Below, in pieces: positions 46,638-55,235 of a DNA stretch of 62,416 nucleotides. Source of the DNA: Methanobacteriota archaeon (GTDB lineage: Archaea > Thermoplasmatota > Poseidoniia > Poseidoniales > Poseidoniaceae); NCBI GenBank assembly GCA_002699515.1, contig PAAW01000061.1, positions 1 to 62,416 on the forward strand. Direction: 5' to 3'. The notes under the pieces are model-generated. The model saw only the letters and a list, made by a program, of their open reading frames with translations, ran no database searches and had not been told where the DNA came from. How positions within the stretch are numbered: the stretch's first letter is position 1; each line of letters opens with the position of its first letter. Position numbers and translations under genes: made by a program.

Positions 46638-47720
46638 CTACGAGTGATTTGATATAAGATTTGAAATTGTTTCAATCTCTTCTTTTGTCAGAGCATTAGA
46701 AGATGGGAGCCATAAAATATTTTCTGATATTTTTTCAGAATGACTTAAATCAGTTTTTTCTACTTCTTTTAGGTAATTTTGGAAACTTAAAGCAGGGTAA
46801 CAATCTCTAGTTTCAATATTATTTTTTGATAAGTGCTCTTTTATTTCTTCTTTATATTCTTTGCTGCTACAAACTATATCAAAGAACCAAGGCACTTCAT
46901 CCTCATGAAAATCTATAAAAGATATTTCTTTATTATTTATATTTTTACGGTAAATCTCCAAATTCTTTCTTTTATTTTCAATGAACATGTTTAATTTACT
47001 AAATTGAGATAAGCCCAGCGAAGATTGAATGTCTGTTATTTTAAAATTAAGACCAAAACCATCATGCCAATCTTGCTTATCTTTTGACCTGTTAAAAGTT
47101 TTGAGATTAAATATATTATTATTAAATTCATCGTTATCCGTAAGTATCATTCCGCCTTGACCCATAGTTATAATTTTATGGGGTGTAAATGAAAATATAC
47201 TTAGGTCTCCAAGAAAACCACACTTTTTAGATTTATAATTTGACCCAAGAGCGTGTGCTGAATCTTCAATAAGTAATATATTGTTTTCTCTACACAATTC
47301 TTCAATCTTTTCACCATCACCGGTTCTCCCATTTAGGGGCACAAATATTAACGCATCAAGATCATTAAATTCTTTTAACTGTTCATAAGATAAACATAAA
47401 CTTTCATCAACATCTATAAGCACTGGTTCAGCATCAGCCCAAATAATGGCATTGATAGTTGCGATCATTGTAAGATTCGGAACGCCTACTTTCTTGCCTT
47501 TTCCAATACCTGAAGCGAGTAAAGCTAGATAGATTGCAATTGTTCCATTTGGAACAGCATGTGAGTACCTTCTTCCAATAAAGTCTTTTATATTTTTTTC
47601 TAATTCTTGAGTAATCTTATGTTCAGTTAACCAACCACCTGAGTTTAAATAATCAACTACACTTTTTATGTCTGAGTCATCAATGGAAGGCTCAACTTGA
47701 AATATTCTATTTTGTTTCAA
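46638..47720 (-). CDS. DegT/DnrJ/EryC1/StrS-family PLP-dependent sugar aminotransferase (perosamine-synthase-like)
   Basis: AVPNGTIAIYLAL and FSFTPHKIITMGQGG (Lys retained). 360 aa. Confidence 0.85.
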   Translation of the reverse strand: MKQNRIFQVEPSIDDSDIKSVVDYLNSGGWLTEHKITQELEKNIKDFIGRRYSHAVPNGTIAIYLALLASGIGKGKKVGVPNLTMIATINAIIWADAEPVLIDVDESLCLSYEQLKEFNDLDALIFVPLNGRTGDGEKIEELCRENNILLIEDSAHALGSNYKSKKCGFLGDLSIFSFTPHKIITMGQGGMILTDNDEFNNNIFNLKTFNRSKDKQDWHDGFGLNFKITDIQSSLGLSQFSKLNMFIENKRKNLEIYRKNINNKEISFIDFHEDEVPWFFDIVCSSKEYKEEIKEHLSKNNIETRDCYPALSFQNYLKEVEKTDLSHSEKISENILWLPSSNALTKEEIETISNLISNHS

Positions 47721-48129
47721 TTCTTACCCTGTCTATTTCTGGACCAAAATATGGGCCATTTTTAGTTTCGACAACAATTGAATCTTCATTTATTAGATAT
47801 TCATGAGCCCCATTAAATTGAACTATCATCTCATTTTTACATACAGTAACTTTTTTAATTAAGTCACCATCCTCTGTATAAAGACTACATTCAATTTTTC
47901 CTTTTAAAACAATAACAGCTTCATTAGTTTTAAAAGCTTCTCTGCCGAATTCATTATGATAGTGTGCCGGTAATGTTTTTCCTTTTTCATAATTCCACAC
48001 ACCAACTTGCATAAAGTTTTCATCGTCAGTGTAGAAGCTTAAGCCATCTTTGGAGAGCAAAGGCCTTATGATTGAAGCTATTAATTCACCATCATGATAA
48101 ATTTTTTCATGCTCGTTCTTTTTTTCCAT
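47707..48129 (-). CDS. Small cupin-fold protein (sugar isomerase/epimerase-like, WxcM/FdtA-type not proven)
   Basis: 140 aa. LPAHYHNEFGREAFKTNEAVIVLKG fits cupin motif 1. Overlaps both neighbours (14 and 23 nt). Confidence 0.45.
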   Translation of the reverse strand: MEKKNEHEKIYHDGELIASIIRPLLSKDGLSFYTDDENFMQVGVWNYEKGKTLPAHYHNEFGREAFKTNEAVIVLKGKIECSLYTEDGDLIKKVTVCKNEMIVQFNGAHEYLINEDSIVVETKNGPYFGPEIDRVRIETK

Positions 48130-49048
48130 TATTAAAGTACCACTCTACAGTTAATTTTATCCCAGTGTCTAAAGAAACGGAAGGTTTCCAATCTAATAAT
48201 TCTTCACCAACTTTTCCGTTAACAGTTTTCTCTAACACACCATCCGGCTTGTTAGTATTATATATAAAACTCCCATCCCAGTCAGCATGAAAAGCAATTA
48301 TTTCAGCAAGCTCTTTTATGGATATTCCTTTACCTACTCCAATATTAAAAAAGAAACTATCTTCGGTTAACTTTAAAGCTTTAATTAAAGCATTTGCACC
48401 ATCTTCTACAAACAGCCATTCTCTTATTGGTTTTCCTGTTCCCCAAATTTCAACATCTTTTAAATTATTTCTTTTTGCGTCGCAAATTTTCTTCACCAAC
48501 GCACCAAGAGCGTGAGATCTAGATTCATCAAAATGATCATTTGGTCCATACATATTTGAAAGAACTATATTTGCAGATGAGAAATTATATTGATTTTTGT
48601 AGCTTTCACCAAGAGCAACCATATGTCTTTTCGAAAGGCCATAATTAAATACAGATTCATGAGGAGCCCCATCCCAAAATTTTTCCTCTTCGTAATAATT
48701 AATATTTGAAGGGTAAGCACAATTTGAGATTGGATTCACTAAAAGGTTGACGCCACTTTGCATTGAAGCTCTATATAAATTATTTGCAAAGGTTGTATTT
48801 ATTTCTAATAATTCAGCTGGGAAATCATACCCAAAAGCAATGCCTCCTACAAAAGCAGAGCAGTTAATAACAAAATTAAAGTTATTATCTTTAAAGTAAG
48901 AATACACTTTATCATAATTTCTTAGATCAAGCTGATCTTTGCCAGTGATTTCATATAGTTCAAAAATATTTTCTTTCTCAATAATATTTTTGACTGAGTT
49001 TCCCAAAAAACCATTTGTTCCTACAACTAATAATTTATTTTTTTCCAT
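48107..49048 (-). CDS. Fcl-like NAD(P)-dependent epimerase/reductase (GDP-4-keto-6-deoxyhexose reductase family)
   Basis: VVGTNGFLG, SNCAYP, YGLSK (YxxxK), NMYGPNDHF and EIWGTGKPIREWLFVED motifs. Confidence 0.75.
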   Translation of the reverse strand: MEKNKLLVVGTNGFLGNSVKNIIEKENIFELYEITGKDQLDLRNYDKVYSYFKDNNFNFVINCSAFVGGIAFGYDFPAELLEINTTFANNLYRASMQSGVNLLVNPISNCAYPSNINYYEEEKFWDGAPHESVFNYGLSKRHMVALGESYKNQYNFSSANIVLSNMYGPNDHFDESRSHALGALVKKICDAKRNNLKDVEIWGTGKPIREWLFVEDGANALIKALKLTEDSFFFNIGVGKGISIKELAEIIAFHADWDGSFIYNTNKPDGVLEKTVNGKVGEELLDWKPSVSLDTGIKLTVEWYFNNGKKERA

Positions 49049-49067
49049 TAGCTTTAATTATATTAAG

Positions 49068-50105
49068 TTAATTTACAACCGGGTTTTCCCAGGTAGGGCT
49101 AATTAGGCTCTCTTTTAATAAAGTAGCTTCTTTTTTTGCTTGATTTATATCATGTTCTACCATTTTTTGAACAAGTTGATCAAAGCTAACTTCTGGTTTC
49201 CATTTTAAATTTTTTCGTGCTTTCGAAGGATCTCCTAATAAATATCCAACTTCATTTGGTCTGAAATATTTTTCTGACGTAGTCACATAATCTTCCCAAT
49301 TTAAATTAACCGCACTGAATGCTTTTTCAGCAAATTCTTTTACTGTGTATGTTTCCCCAGTTGCAACTACCCAATCATCTGGATTTTTATATTGCATCAT
49401 AAGATACATTGCTTGTACATAATCACCAGCAAATCCCCAATCTCTTGAAGCATCTAAGTTTCCTAATGTAAGTTTACTTTGAATTCCCATTGCTATTCTT
49501 CCTACAGCTTTTGTTATTTTTCTTGTTACAAAAGTTTCACCTCTTAAGGGAGATTCATGGTTAAAAAGAATTCCATTTACAGCAAAAAGATTATAGGTTT
49601 CTCTATATAATTTAGTTACGTTATGTGCAAAAACTTTTGAAGCAGCATAAGGGCTCTTTGGATTAAATGGAGATTCTTCATTAAGAGATCCAATAAAATC
49701 TCCACCATACATTTCAGACGAAGAAGCCTGGTAAAACTTTACTTCCTTATCTAAATACCTAACACTTTCTAAAAGAGTTATGGATCCCAATGTACCGGTT
49801 TGAGTTGTAAAAATTGGGTTCTTGAATGACACAGCAACATGTGATTGTGCAGCTAAATTGTATATTTCGTCAGGTTGTATGTTGGTAATAAGGTTTGATA
49901 AAGAAGAAGAATCAAGGAGGTCAGAGTAATGAAGATTTAGCCTTCCACTTGATTCATGTTCTGCAATTATGTCGTCTATTCTTGAAGTATTTATTGATGA
50001 AGATCTTCTGATAGTACCATGTACTTCATATCCTTTATCAATTAAAAGTCTTGATAGATATGAACCATCTTGTCCGCTAATACCAGTTACTATTGCTTTT
50101 TTCAT
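49068..50105 (-). CDS. gmd: GDP-mannose 4,6-dehydratase
   Basis: VTGISGQDGSYL, ASSSEMYG, SPYAASK and FNHESPLRGETFVTRKIT are near-canonical Gmd motifs. Confidence 0.9.
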   Translation of the reverse strand: MKKAIVTGISGQDGSYLSRLLIDKGYEVHGTIRRSSSINTSRIDDIIAEHESSGRLNLHYSDLLDSSSLSNLITNIQPDEIYNLAAQSHVAVSFKNPIFTTQTGTLGSITLLESVRYLDKEVKFYQASSSEMYGGDFIGSLNEESPFNPKSPYAASKVFAHNVTKLYRETYNLFAVNGILFNHESPLRGETFVTRKITKAVGRIAMGIQSKLTLGNLDASRDWGFAGDYVQAMYLMMQYKNPDDWVVATGETYTVKEFAEKAFSAVNLNWEDYVTTSEKYFRPNEVGYLLGDPSKARKNLKWKPEVSFDQLVQKMVEHDINQAKKEATLLKESLISPTWENPVVN

Positions 50106-50198
50106 CTGTTAATAATACATAATAGCTAGAAAACATTTTATTTTATATTAATTTTATTTGGTATAAAGAATTTTGTAATTTTGATTTAATAACTCTGT

Positions 50199-50202
50199 AG
50201 GA
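50199..50202 (+). promoter_or_regulatory. Shine-Dalgarno-like AGGA 7 nt upstream of ATT 50210
   Basis: Read directly: t AGGA taaaagt ATT aaa gtt tta tac. Confidence 0.3.
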
Positions 50203-50209
50203 TAAAAGT

Positions 50210-51322
50210 ATTAAAGTTTTATACATTTTTAAACAAGGTAGAGAAAAAAAATTAAATGAAGGGGCTCCATTCCCTAAAGAATTTTTTTATTCTTTTGATT
50301 ATTTTGCAAATAAAAATATAGATATTGATTTAGTTGAACTTACAAACTCAGCAGATCTAATTGATAAAACTGCTAATACTTATGTAGATAAATTTTTATC
50401 TAGAATAACTAAAATATCTATTTCAACTGAGATGTTACTTAAAAAAGATTGTTTTTTGAAAATTAAAGATGCTGAAATAATTGTTGCTACAAACCACGGA
50501 ATAGGAGTCTCTTTAGCGCTTCTTTTATTTTTTAGGAGAATCAAAAATAAAAAACTTTTTGTAATTAATTCGGGATTATTTGACGATAATTTAATATCTT
50601 TTTTAAAATCTAAATCAAGAAAAATTTTAACTCAATTAACCTTGAATAATTCAAATAAGATAATTTGTACATCTAAAAAAGAATATAAATTTGCGATTAA
50701 TAAATTTAATAAAGAAAAAAATAAAATAGTTTTAAATCCATTTTGTGTTGATACTGCATTTTGGGTTGATAAAAGTATCAACTTTTTAGAAAAGGAACAG
50801 ATTTTATTTGTTGGGAATAATGAATATAGAGATATAGAAAAATTAATAAAAATTGTCGAAGGATTGCCAAAAATAAATTTTAAACTTGTAACGTCTTTGA
50901 TTGATGAAAATATAAATATTCCAAAAAATGTAAAATTAATTAAAGGAGATTGGAATAAATCAATAATAAATGATGACGATTTAAAGTCTTTATATAAAAA
51001 ATCTAGGCTAACAATTTTGCCAGTTGTTAATACCTTAACTTCATCAGGCCAAAGTGTAGCCCAACAATCTATGTCAATGGGCACTCCTGTAGTCATTAAT
51101 TTAACCAAGGGATTTTGGGATGAAGAAATAATTGATGGAGAAGATATTACGTTAGTAAAAAGAAATGAACTTGATGTTTGGATCAATACAGTTGAAAAAC
51201 TATATAATGACAAAGATAGGCTAGAGAAAATTTCTTTAAACGGAGTTCAGAAAATACACAAAAACTTTAATTTAGATATATTTAATAAAAAGATGTTTGA
51301 CATAGTATTTAAAAATTATTGA
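50210..51322 (+). CDS. GT4-type glycosyltransferase, probable non-canonical (ATT) start
   Basis: The track ORF starts at ATG 50432, but the frame is open back to TAG 50198-50200 (77 codons). It encodes IKVLYIFKQG.., a typical GT4 N-terminus, and no ATG/GTG/TTG lies in that stretch. AGGA at 50199-50202. Confidence 0.55.
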   Translation: MKVLYIFKQGREKKLNEGAPFPKEFFYSFDYFANKNIDIDLVELTNSADLIDKTANTYVDKFLSRITKISISTEMLLKKDCFLKIKDAEIIVATNHGIGVSLALLLFFRRIKNKKLFVINSGLFDDNLISFLKSKSRKILTQLTLNNSNKIICTSKKEYKFAINKFNKEKNKIVLNPFCVDTAFWVDKSINFLEKEQILFVGNNEYRDIEKLIKIVEGLPKINFKLVTSLIDENINIPKNVKLIKGDWNKSIINDDDLKSLYKKSRLTILPVVNTLTSSGQSVAQQSMSMGTPVVINLTKGFWDEEIIDGEDITLVKRNELDVWINTVEKLYNDKDRLEKISLNGVQKIHKNFNLDIFNKKMFDIVFKNY

Positions 51323-52950
51323 CCGATTATATAAGCGTCATAATTTGAGTATGTTTTTTTTACAACATTTACTCCATAAGGAATACATTTTATTTCAATC
51401 CAACACTGATCTCCATTTTTTGGTAAAAGCCAGGTATTTTTATAGTCTAAATACTCAACTAAAGGTGCAGTAATTTCAGGCGTTTGGAATGGGTCACTGA
51501 GCATGGTCTTATAAGAATTTATTCGTGGAATTAACAATATAGCAAGAATTGAAATTCCTGTAAAAATAAATTTTGAGACTTGTTTATTTTGAAATCTAAG
51601 TTCAATATTTTTGTAATCAAAACATAAAATGCCAATACTGAAAGAAAGGAGTCCAAATATAAATCTTGGATGTGGTGCACCAATAATCCAAACTAAAAGA
51701 TTTGAAAAGATAAAGAGTAGTATTAAATAAATTTCCTTATTTGAGTTATAAGATTTTTTTATAAAGAAGAGTCGTTTTATTAGAAAAAGAATTAAGAAAC
51801 AAACTAAAAAGTTATATACAACAGTTTTATTTAGTTCAATTGAAAGCCAATTATTAATCCAGTCACCAAATGGAGCACCTATATTATAAGCATTATTAAA
51901 GAAACCAGTAGTATATTTCATGCCATCAACTGATTCGTAATTGTACCAAGGTAGGTTGAAACACGTAAAATTTATCGGAAAGACTAGGCACGAAGTGAGT
52001 AGTAAGTTTTTAATTAGCCATATTATTGTTAGTGAATTGACAGCTAACAAGCTTTTGATTGAAGATTTGTCAGAGAGTATAAAAATATATGTAAAAAATA
52101 TAAACAGAAGAGAATTAGAAATCTTTAACTGAAAAGAGTAAAGTATTAGAAAATTTATAAATACAAGATTTTTAGTAATGTATGATTTTTGAAATATTAA
52201 GTATGAAATAAGTATTGAAGATAAGTAGAACATTACCCCTGATGCTATATCGGGTTTTATTATCCCAGGAATAGCAAAAAAGCCATTCCTTCCTCCGTTA
52301 AAACCAAAATTATCAAGGAAAGCAAAAACTAAGACAAAAGAACTTGATATATTAAGAAATTTATTTTGTGAAAAAATTATATGGTATAAACAGAAATTTA
52401 AGAAAATTACTAGAAAAATAATACTTAGATAATGAAGTAAAATAAAATTTGATTCAAGCCAAAACGGAGCAGCTGTATAGTCCATAATTGAAGATGTGCC
52501 ATACGCACCATGTAGATTATTAAGTCCAAAAACTAATTTTTCTTCTCTAATCCAATTTTGGTAGTTTAGGTGATAGTAGCCTGCATCGTATTGAAAATTT
52601 ATATCGTAAGAACTTATTGAAATAATAAATAAATTAAATAACGTAATTAGATTTAATTTACTATTTTGTTTAAATTTTGGGACTTCTAAAAAGTTAAATA
52701 TTAAAGTAAACGAAATCAAAAAAAACAATAGTGGATGTTTCAAGCCTACAAAAAAATTAGCAATAAAAAAATAATTTGAGAAAAATATTACACCAATTAA
52801 AGGGTAAAAAATAATTATGGGTGTTTCAATTATTTTTTCTTGATCATTGAATTTATAAAAATTAAAAAACTTACTAATTATTAGGAGTAAACCCCTACCT
52901 AAAAAGTAAAAATAAGTGAAAAATGAAAAAAAGTAAATGAAATGCATCAA
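51316..52950 (-). CDS. Polytopic membrane protein, GT-C-like
   Basis: 544 aa and more than 12 hydrophobic helices. Loop motif YDAGYYHLNYQNW. C-terminal soluble segment with a CWIEIKC pair. Confidence 0.45.
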   Translation of the reverse strand: MMHFIYFFSFFTYFYFLGRGLLLIISKFFNFYKFNDQEKIIETPIIIFYPLIGVIFFSNYFFIANFFVGLKHPLLFFLISFTLIFNFLEVPKFKQNSKLNLITLFNLFIISISSYDINFQYDAGYYHLNYQNWIREEKLVFGLNNLHGAYGTSSIMDYTAAPFWLESNFILLHYLSIIFLVIFLNFCLYHIIFSQNKFLNISSSFVLVFAFLDNFGFNGGRNGFFAIPGIIKPDIASGVMFYLSSILISYLIFQKSYITKNLVFINFLILYSFQLKISNSLLFIFFTYIFILSDKSSIKSLLAVNSLTIIWLIKNLLLTSCLVFPINFTCFNLPWYNYESVDGMKYTTGFFNNAYNIGAPFGDWINNWLSIELNKTVVYNFLVCFLILFLIKRLFFIKKSYNSNKEIYLILLFIFSNLLVWIIGAPHPRFIFGLLSFSIGILCFDYKNIELRFQNKQVSKFIFTGISILAILLIPRINSYKTMLSDPFQTPEITAPLVEYLDYKNTWLLPKNGDQCWIEIKCIPYGVNVVKKTYSNYDAYIIGQ

Positions 52951-52985
52951 ATTAAAGTATACAAACTAAATAGACAAATTTTTGC

Positions 52986-53696
52986 TTACTTTCTATTAGT
53001 TTGAAAATAAAGTTTAATTAATGTTTTTACTCCTTCAAGGATTATTGGAAAGTTCATTTTTGATTTTCCGCTTTCTCTTTCAACAAATAAAATGGGAACC
53101 TCATGAATTTTTAAATCTGCTTTAATTGATTTACTTAACAAATCAACCAAAAAAGAATAGCCGTTGTAATCAGAAGACTGGTAGTCAATTTCTATTAAAG
53201 AATTCCTCTTATACAACCTAAATCCTGTAGTCATATCATTGATATGTGATTTTGTTGAAAATTTTGCAAGTTTATTAGCATATTTTGATAAAATTTTTCT
53301 GTGATACCCCCATCCAGAGCTTCCGCCACCTTCAACGTATCTACTCCCAATTAAAAGATCAAAATCTTTTTTAATTAATAACATTTTTTTTAAATCTTCC
53401 ATTCTATGTGAGAAATCTGCATCCATTTGTACAAAATAATCGTAATCTTTATTTAAACCCCAGTTGAAAGCTTCAATGTAAGCAGTCCCATAGCCAAGTT
53501 TTTTTTCTCTCAAAATCAAAAATAGTGATTTTTCAAAATAATTTGAAGAAGTCACTATTTTTGATGTGCCGTCTGGCGAATTATCATCAACAATTAAAAG
53601 ATCACACCCTGTTTCAATAACGCCCTTTATAAATGAGCTCATATTTTCTGCTTCATTATATGTCGGGCTTATAACAAGAACTTTATTGTTATTCAT
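52986..53696 (-). CDS. Polyprenyl-phosphate mannosyl/glycosyl transferase (Dpm1/Ppm1-like GT2)
   Basis: VLVISPTYNEAEN, IVDDNSPDGT and QMDADFSH (DAD) motifs. 236 aa. Confidence 0.8.
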   Translation of the reverse strand: MNNNKVLVISPTYNEAENMSSFIKGVIETGCDLLIVDDNSPDGTSKIVTSSNYFEKSLFLILREKKLGYGTAYIEAFNWGLNKDYDYFVQMDADFSHRMEDLKKMLLIKKDFDLLIGSRYVEGGGSSGWGYHRKILSKYANKLAKFSTKSHINDMTTGFRLYKRNSLIEIDYQSSDYNGYSFLVDLLSKSIKADLKIHEVPILFVERESGKSKMNFPIILEGVKTLIKLYFQTNRK

Positions 53697-53741
53697 GAGA
53701 ATATGATACTTAATTCATTGATTTCTGCTTAAAATAATTAG

Positions 53742-54476
53742 ATGAAGGAAGCTAAATTATTTAACACAAATTTATCACTGATAAGTTTGTCAGAAATGTC
53801 CGAGACTCTTGTTACTTCTTCTAATAAGTCTGTAGCTGTTTGCAATGCAAATAGTGTAGTAAGAGGTAACAGATCAAATAGACTTGGCAGAGTTCTAAAT
53901 GGTTTAGATTACAAAGTGTGTGACGGATATCCTTTATCAAAAGCTCTGAACATTTTATATAAAACAAATCAAGAAAGAGTTGACGGCTACAATCTTTTCC
54001 TTTCAACAATAGAGCACGGCTTAGATAAAAACACCTCTCATTTCTTTTATGGGAATACCCCCTTCGTAGTCGAGAAAATGATAAAAGAACTTAAAAATAA
54101 ATACAACGAAATAAATATATCTGGGTATCATTGCCCCCCTATGTTAGAGATTGAAGAACTAACAGATATTAACAATGTGGAAATTATTGATAATTCTAAT
54201 TCAGACATCGTATGGGTATCTTTAGGTTTTCCAAAGCAAGAGCAATTTATGCAATATGTAATGGATAATAAAAAAAATAGTTTTAATATTTTAGGAGTCG
54301 GAAATGTATTTGATTGGGTAGCAAAAACTAAATATAAAGCTCCTGAAATATTTGCAAACAATGGTTTTGAATGGCTATTTAGGTTTTTTCAAGAACCCAT
54401 AAGGCTCTCAAGGCGATATTTTATAGACAATACATTATTTATGTTGTTTTTTATAAAACAGTATTTTCTTAGATAG
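53742..54476 (+). CDS. WecG/TagA/CpsF-family glycosyltransferase (GT26)
   Basis: CDGYPLSKAL, FFYGNTPFVVEKM and VSLGFPKQEQFM motifs. Confidence 0.8.
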   Translation: MKEAKLFNTNLSLISLSEMSETLVTSSNKSVAVCNANSVVRGNRSNRLGRVLNGLDYKVCDGYPLSKALNILYKTNQERVDGYNLFLSTIEHGLDKNTSHFFYGNTPFVVEKMIKELKNKYNEINISGYHCPPMLEIEELTDINNVEIIDNSNSDIVWVSLGFPKQEQFMQYVMDNKKNSFNILGVGNVFDWVAKTKYKAPEIFANNGFEWLFRFFQEPIRLSRRYFIDNTLFMLFFIKQYFLR

Positions 54477-54515
54477 TAGATAATTATTAAATTCGAATTA
54501 TAAAATATTAAGATA

Positions 54516-55235
54516 TTGAAAAACTCTAACAAAAAAAGATATGATCATATTCCACTAAGTAAGGACTTTAACAATTGGTGGTATTTTGGAAGAAAAAAGA
54601 TTTTAAATTATATAATTTCTAAAAAAAAATATAATAAACCAATTAAAATATTAGAAATTGGACCTGGTGTAGGAGTCAACATTGAAGTTTTACAAGAATA
54701 TGGAATAGTCGATATTCTTGAAGTTGATGAATATTTTATAGAGATAATAAAAGAAAATAAAAAATTAAATGTAGGAAAAATATTTTATGATTTTTCAGAA
54801 ATTAAAGAACAGTATGACTTAATAGTATTTTTAGATGTGCTTGAACATATTTACGATTATGAAGGGTTTCTGTTAAATGTTAATAAGTTAATGAAAGATG
54901 ACGGAATTGGTGTTCTAAGCGTACCAGCTTACCAGACACTTTTTAGTCAACATGATACTAATTTACATCATTATAGGAGATACAATTGGGAACTCTTAAA
55001 AGAACAAACATTAGAAAATTTTGAAATTGTTAATAGGTTTGGATACAACTATATACTCCTTCCAGTCCGATTCTTGCAAATAAAAATTCTTAAGTCAGTT
55101 GTTTCTGATACAACTGTTAGTAATTTAATCAATACAATTTTAAAATCTTTCATCAAGTTAGAAGTTTTTCTACTTAGGATAAAATTAAATATTAAAGTTG
55201 GGCTGTCTCTTTTTGCAGTTTTAAAAAAGAAATGA
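54516..55235 (+). CDS. Class I SAM-dependent methyltransferase
   Basis: TTG start. ILEIGPGVGVN (motif I) and LIVFLDVLEHI. Confidence 0.7.
   Translation: MKNSNKKRYDHIPLSKDFNNWWYFGRKKILNYIISKKKYNKPIKILEIGPGVGVNIEVLQEYGIVDILEVDEYFIEIIKENKKLNVGKIFYDFSEIKEQYDLIVFLDVLEHIYDYEGFLLNVNKLMKDDGIGVLSVPAYQTLFSQHDTNLHHYRRYNWELLKEQTLENFEIVNRFGYNYILLPVRFLQIKILKSVVSDTTVSNLINTILKSFIKLEVFLLRIKLNIKVGLSLFAVLKKK

Noticed and set aside
50632-51213. A long (193 aa) antisense ORF inside the GT4 gene. Similar cases are the 119 aa ORF at 26811-27170 and the 113 aa ORF at 46316-46657.
   Set aside because: The length is striking for AT-rich DNA, but the sequence is S/F/I-rich shadow translation of a motif-bearing gene on the other strand. 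Stop-depleted antisense frames are a known codon-bias artefact, and there is no independent start or RBS evidence.
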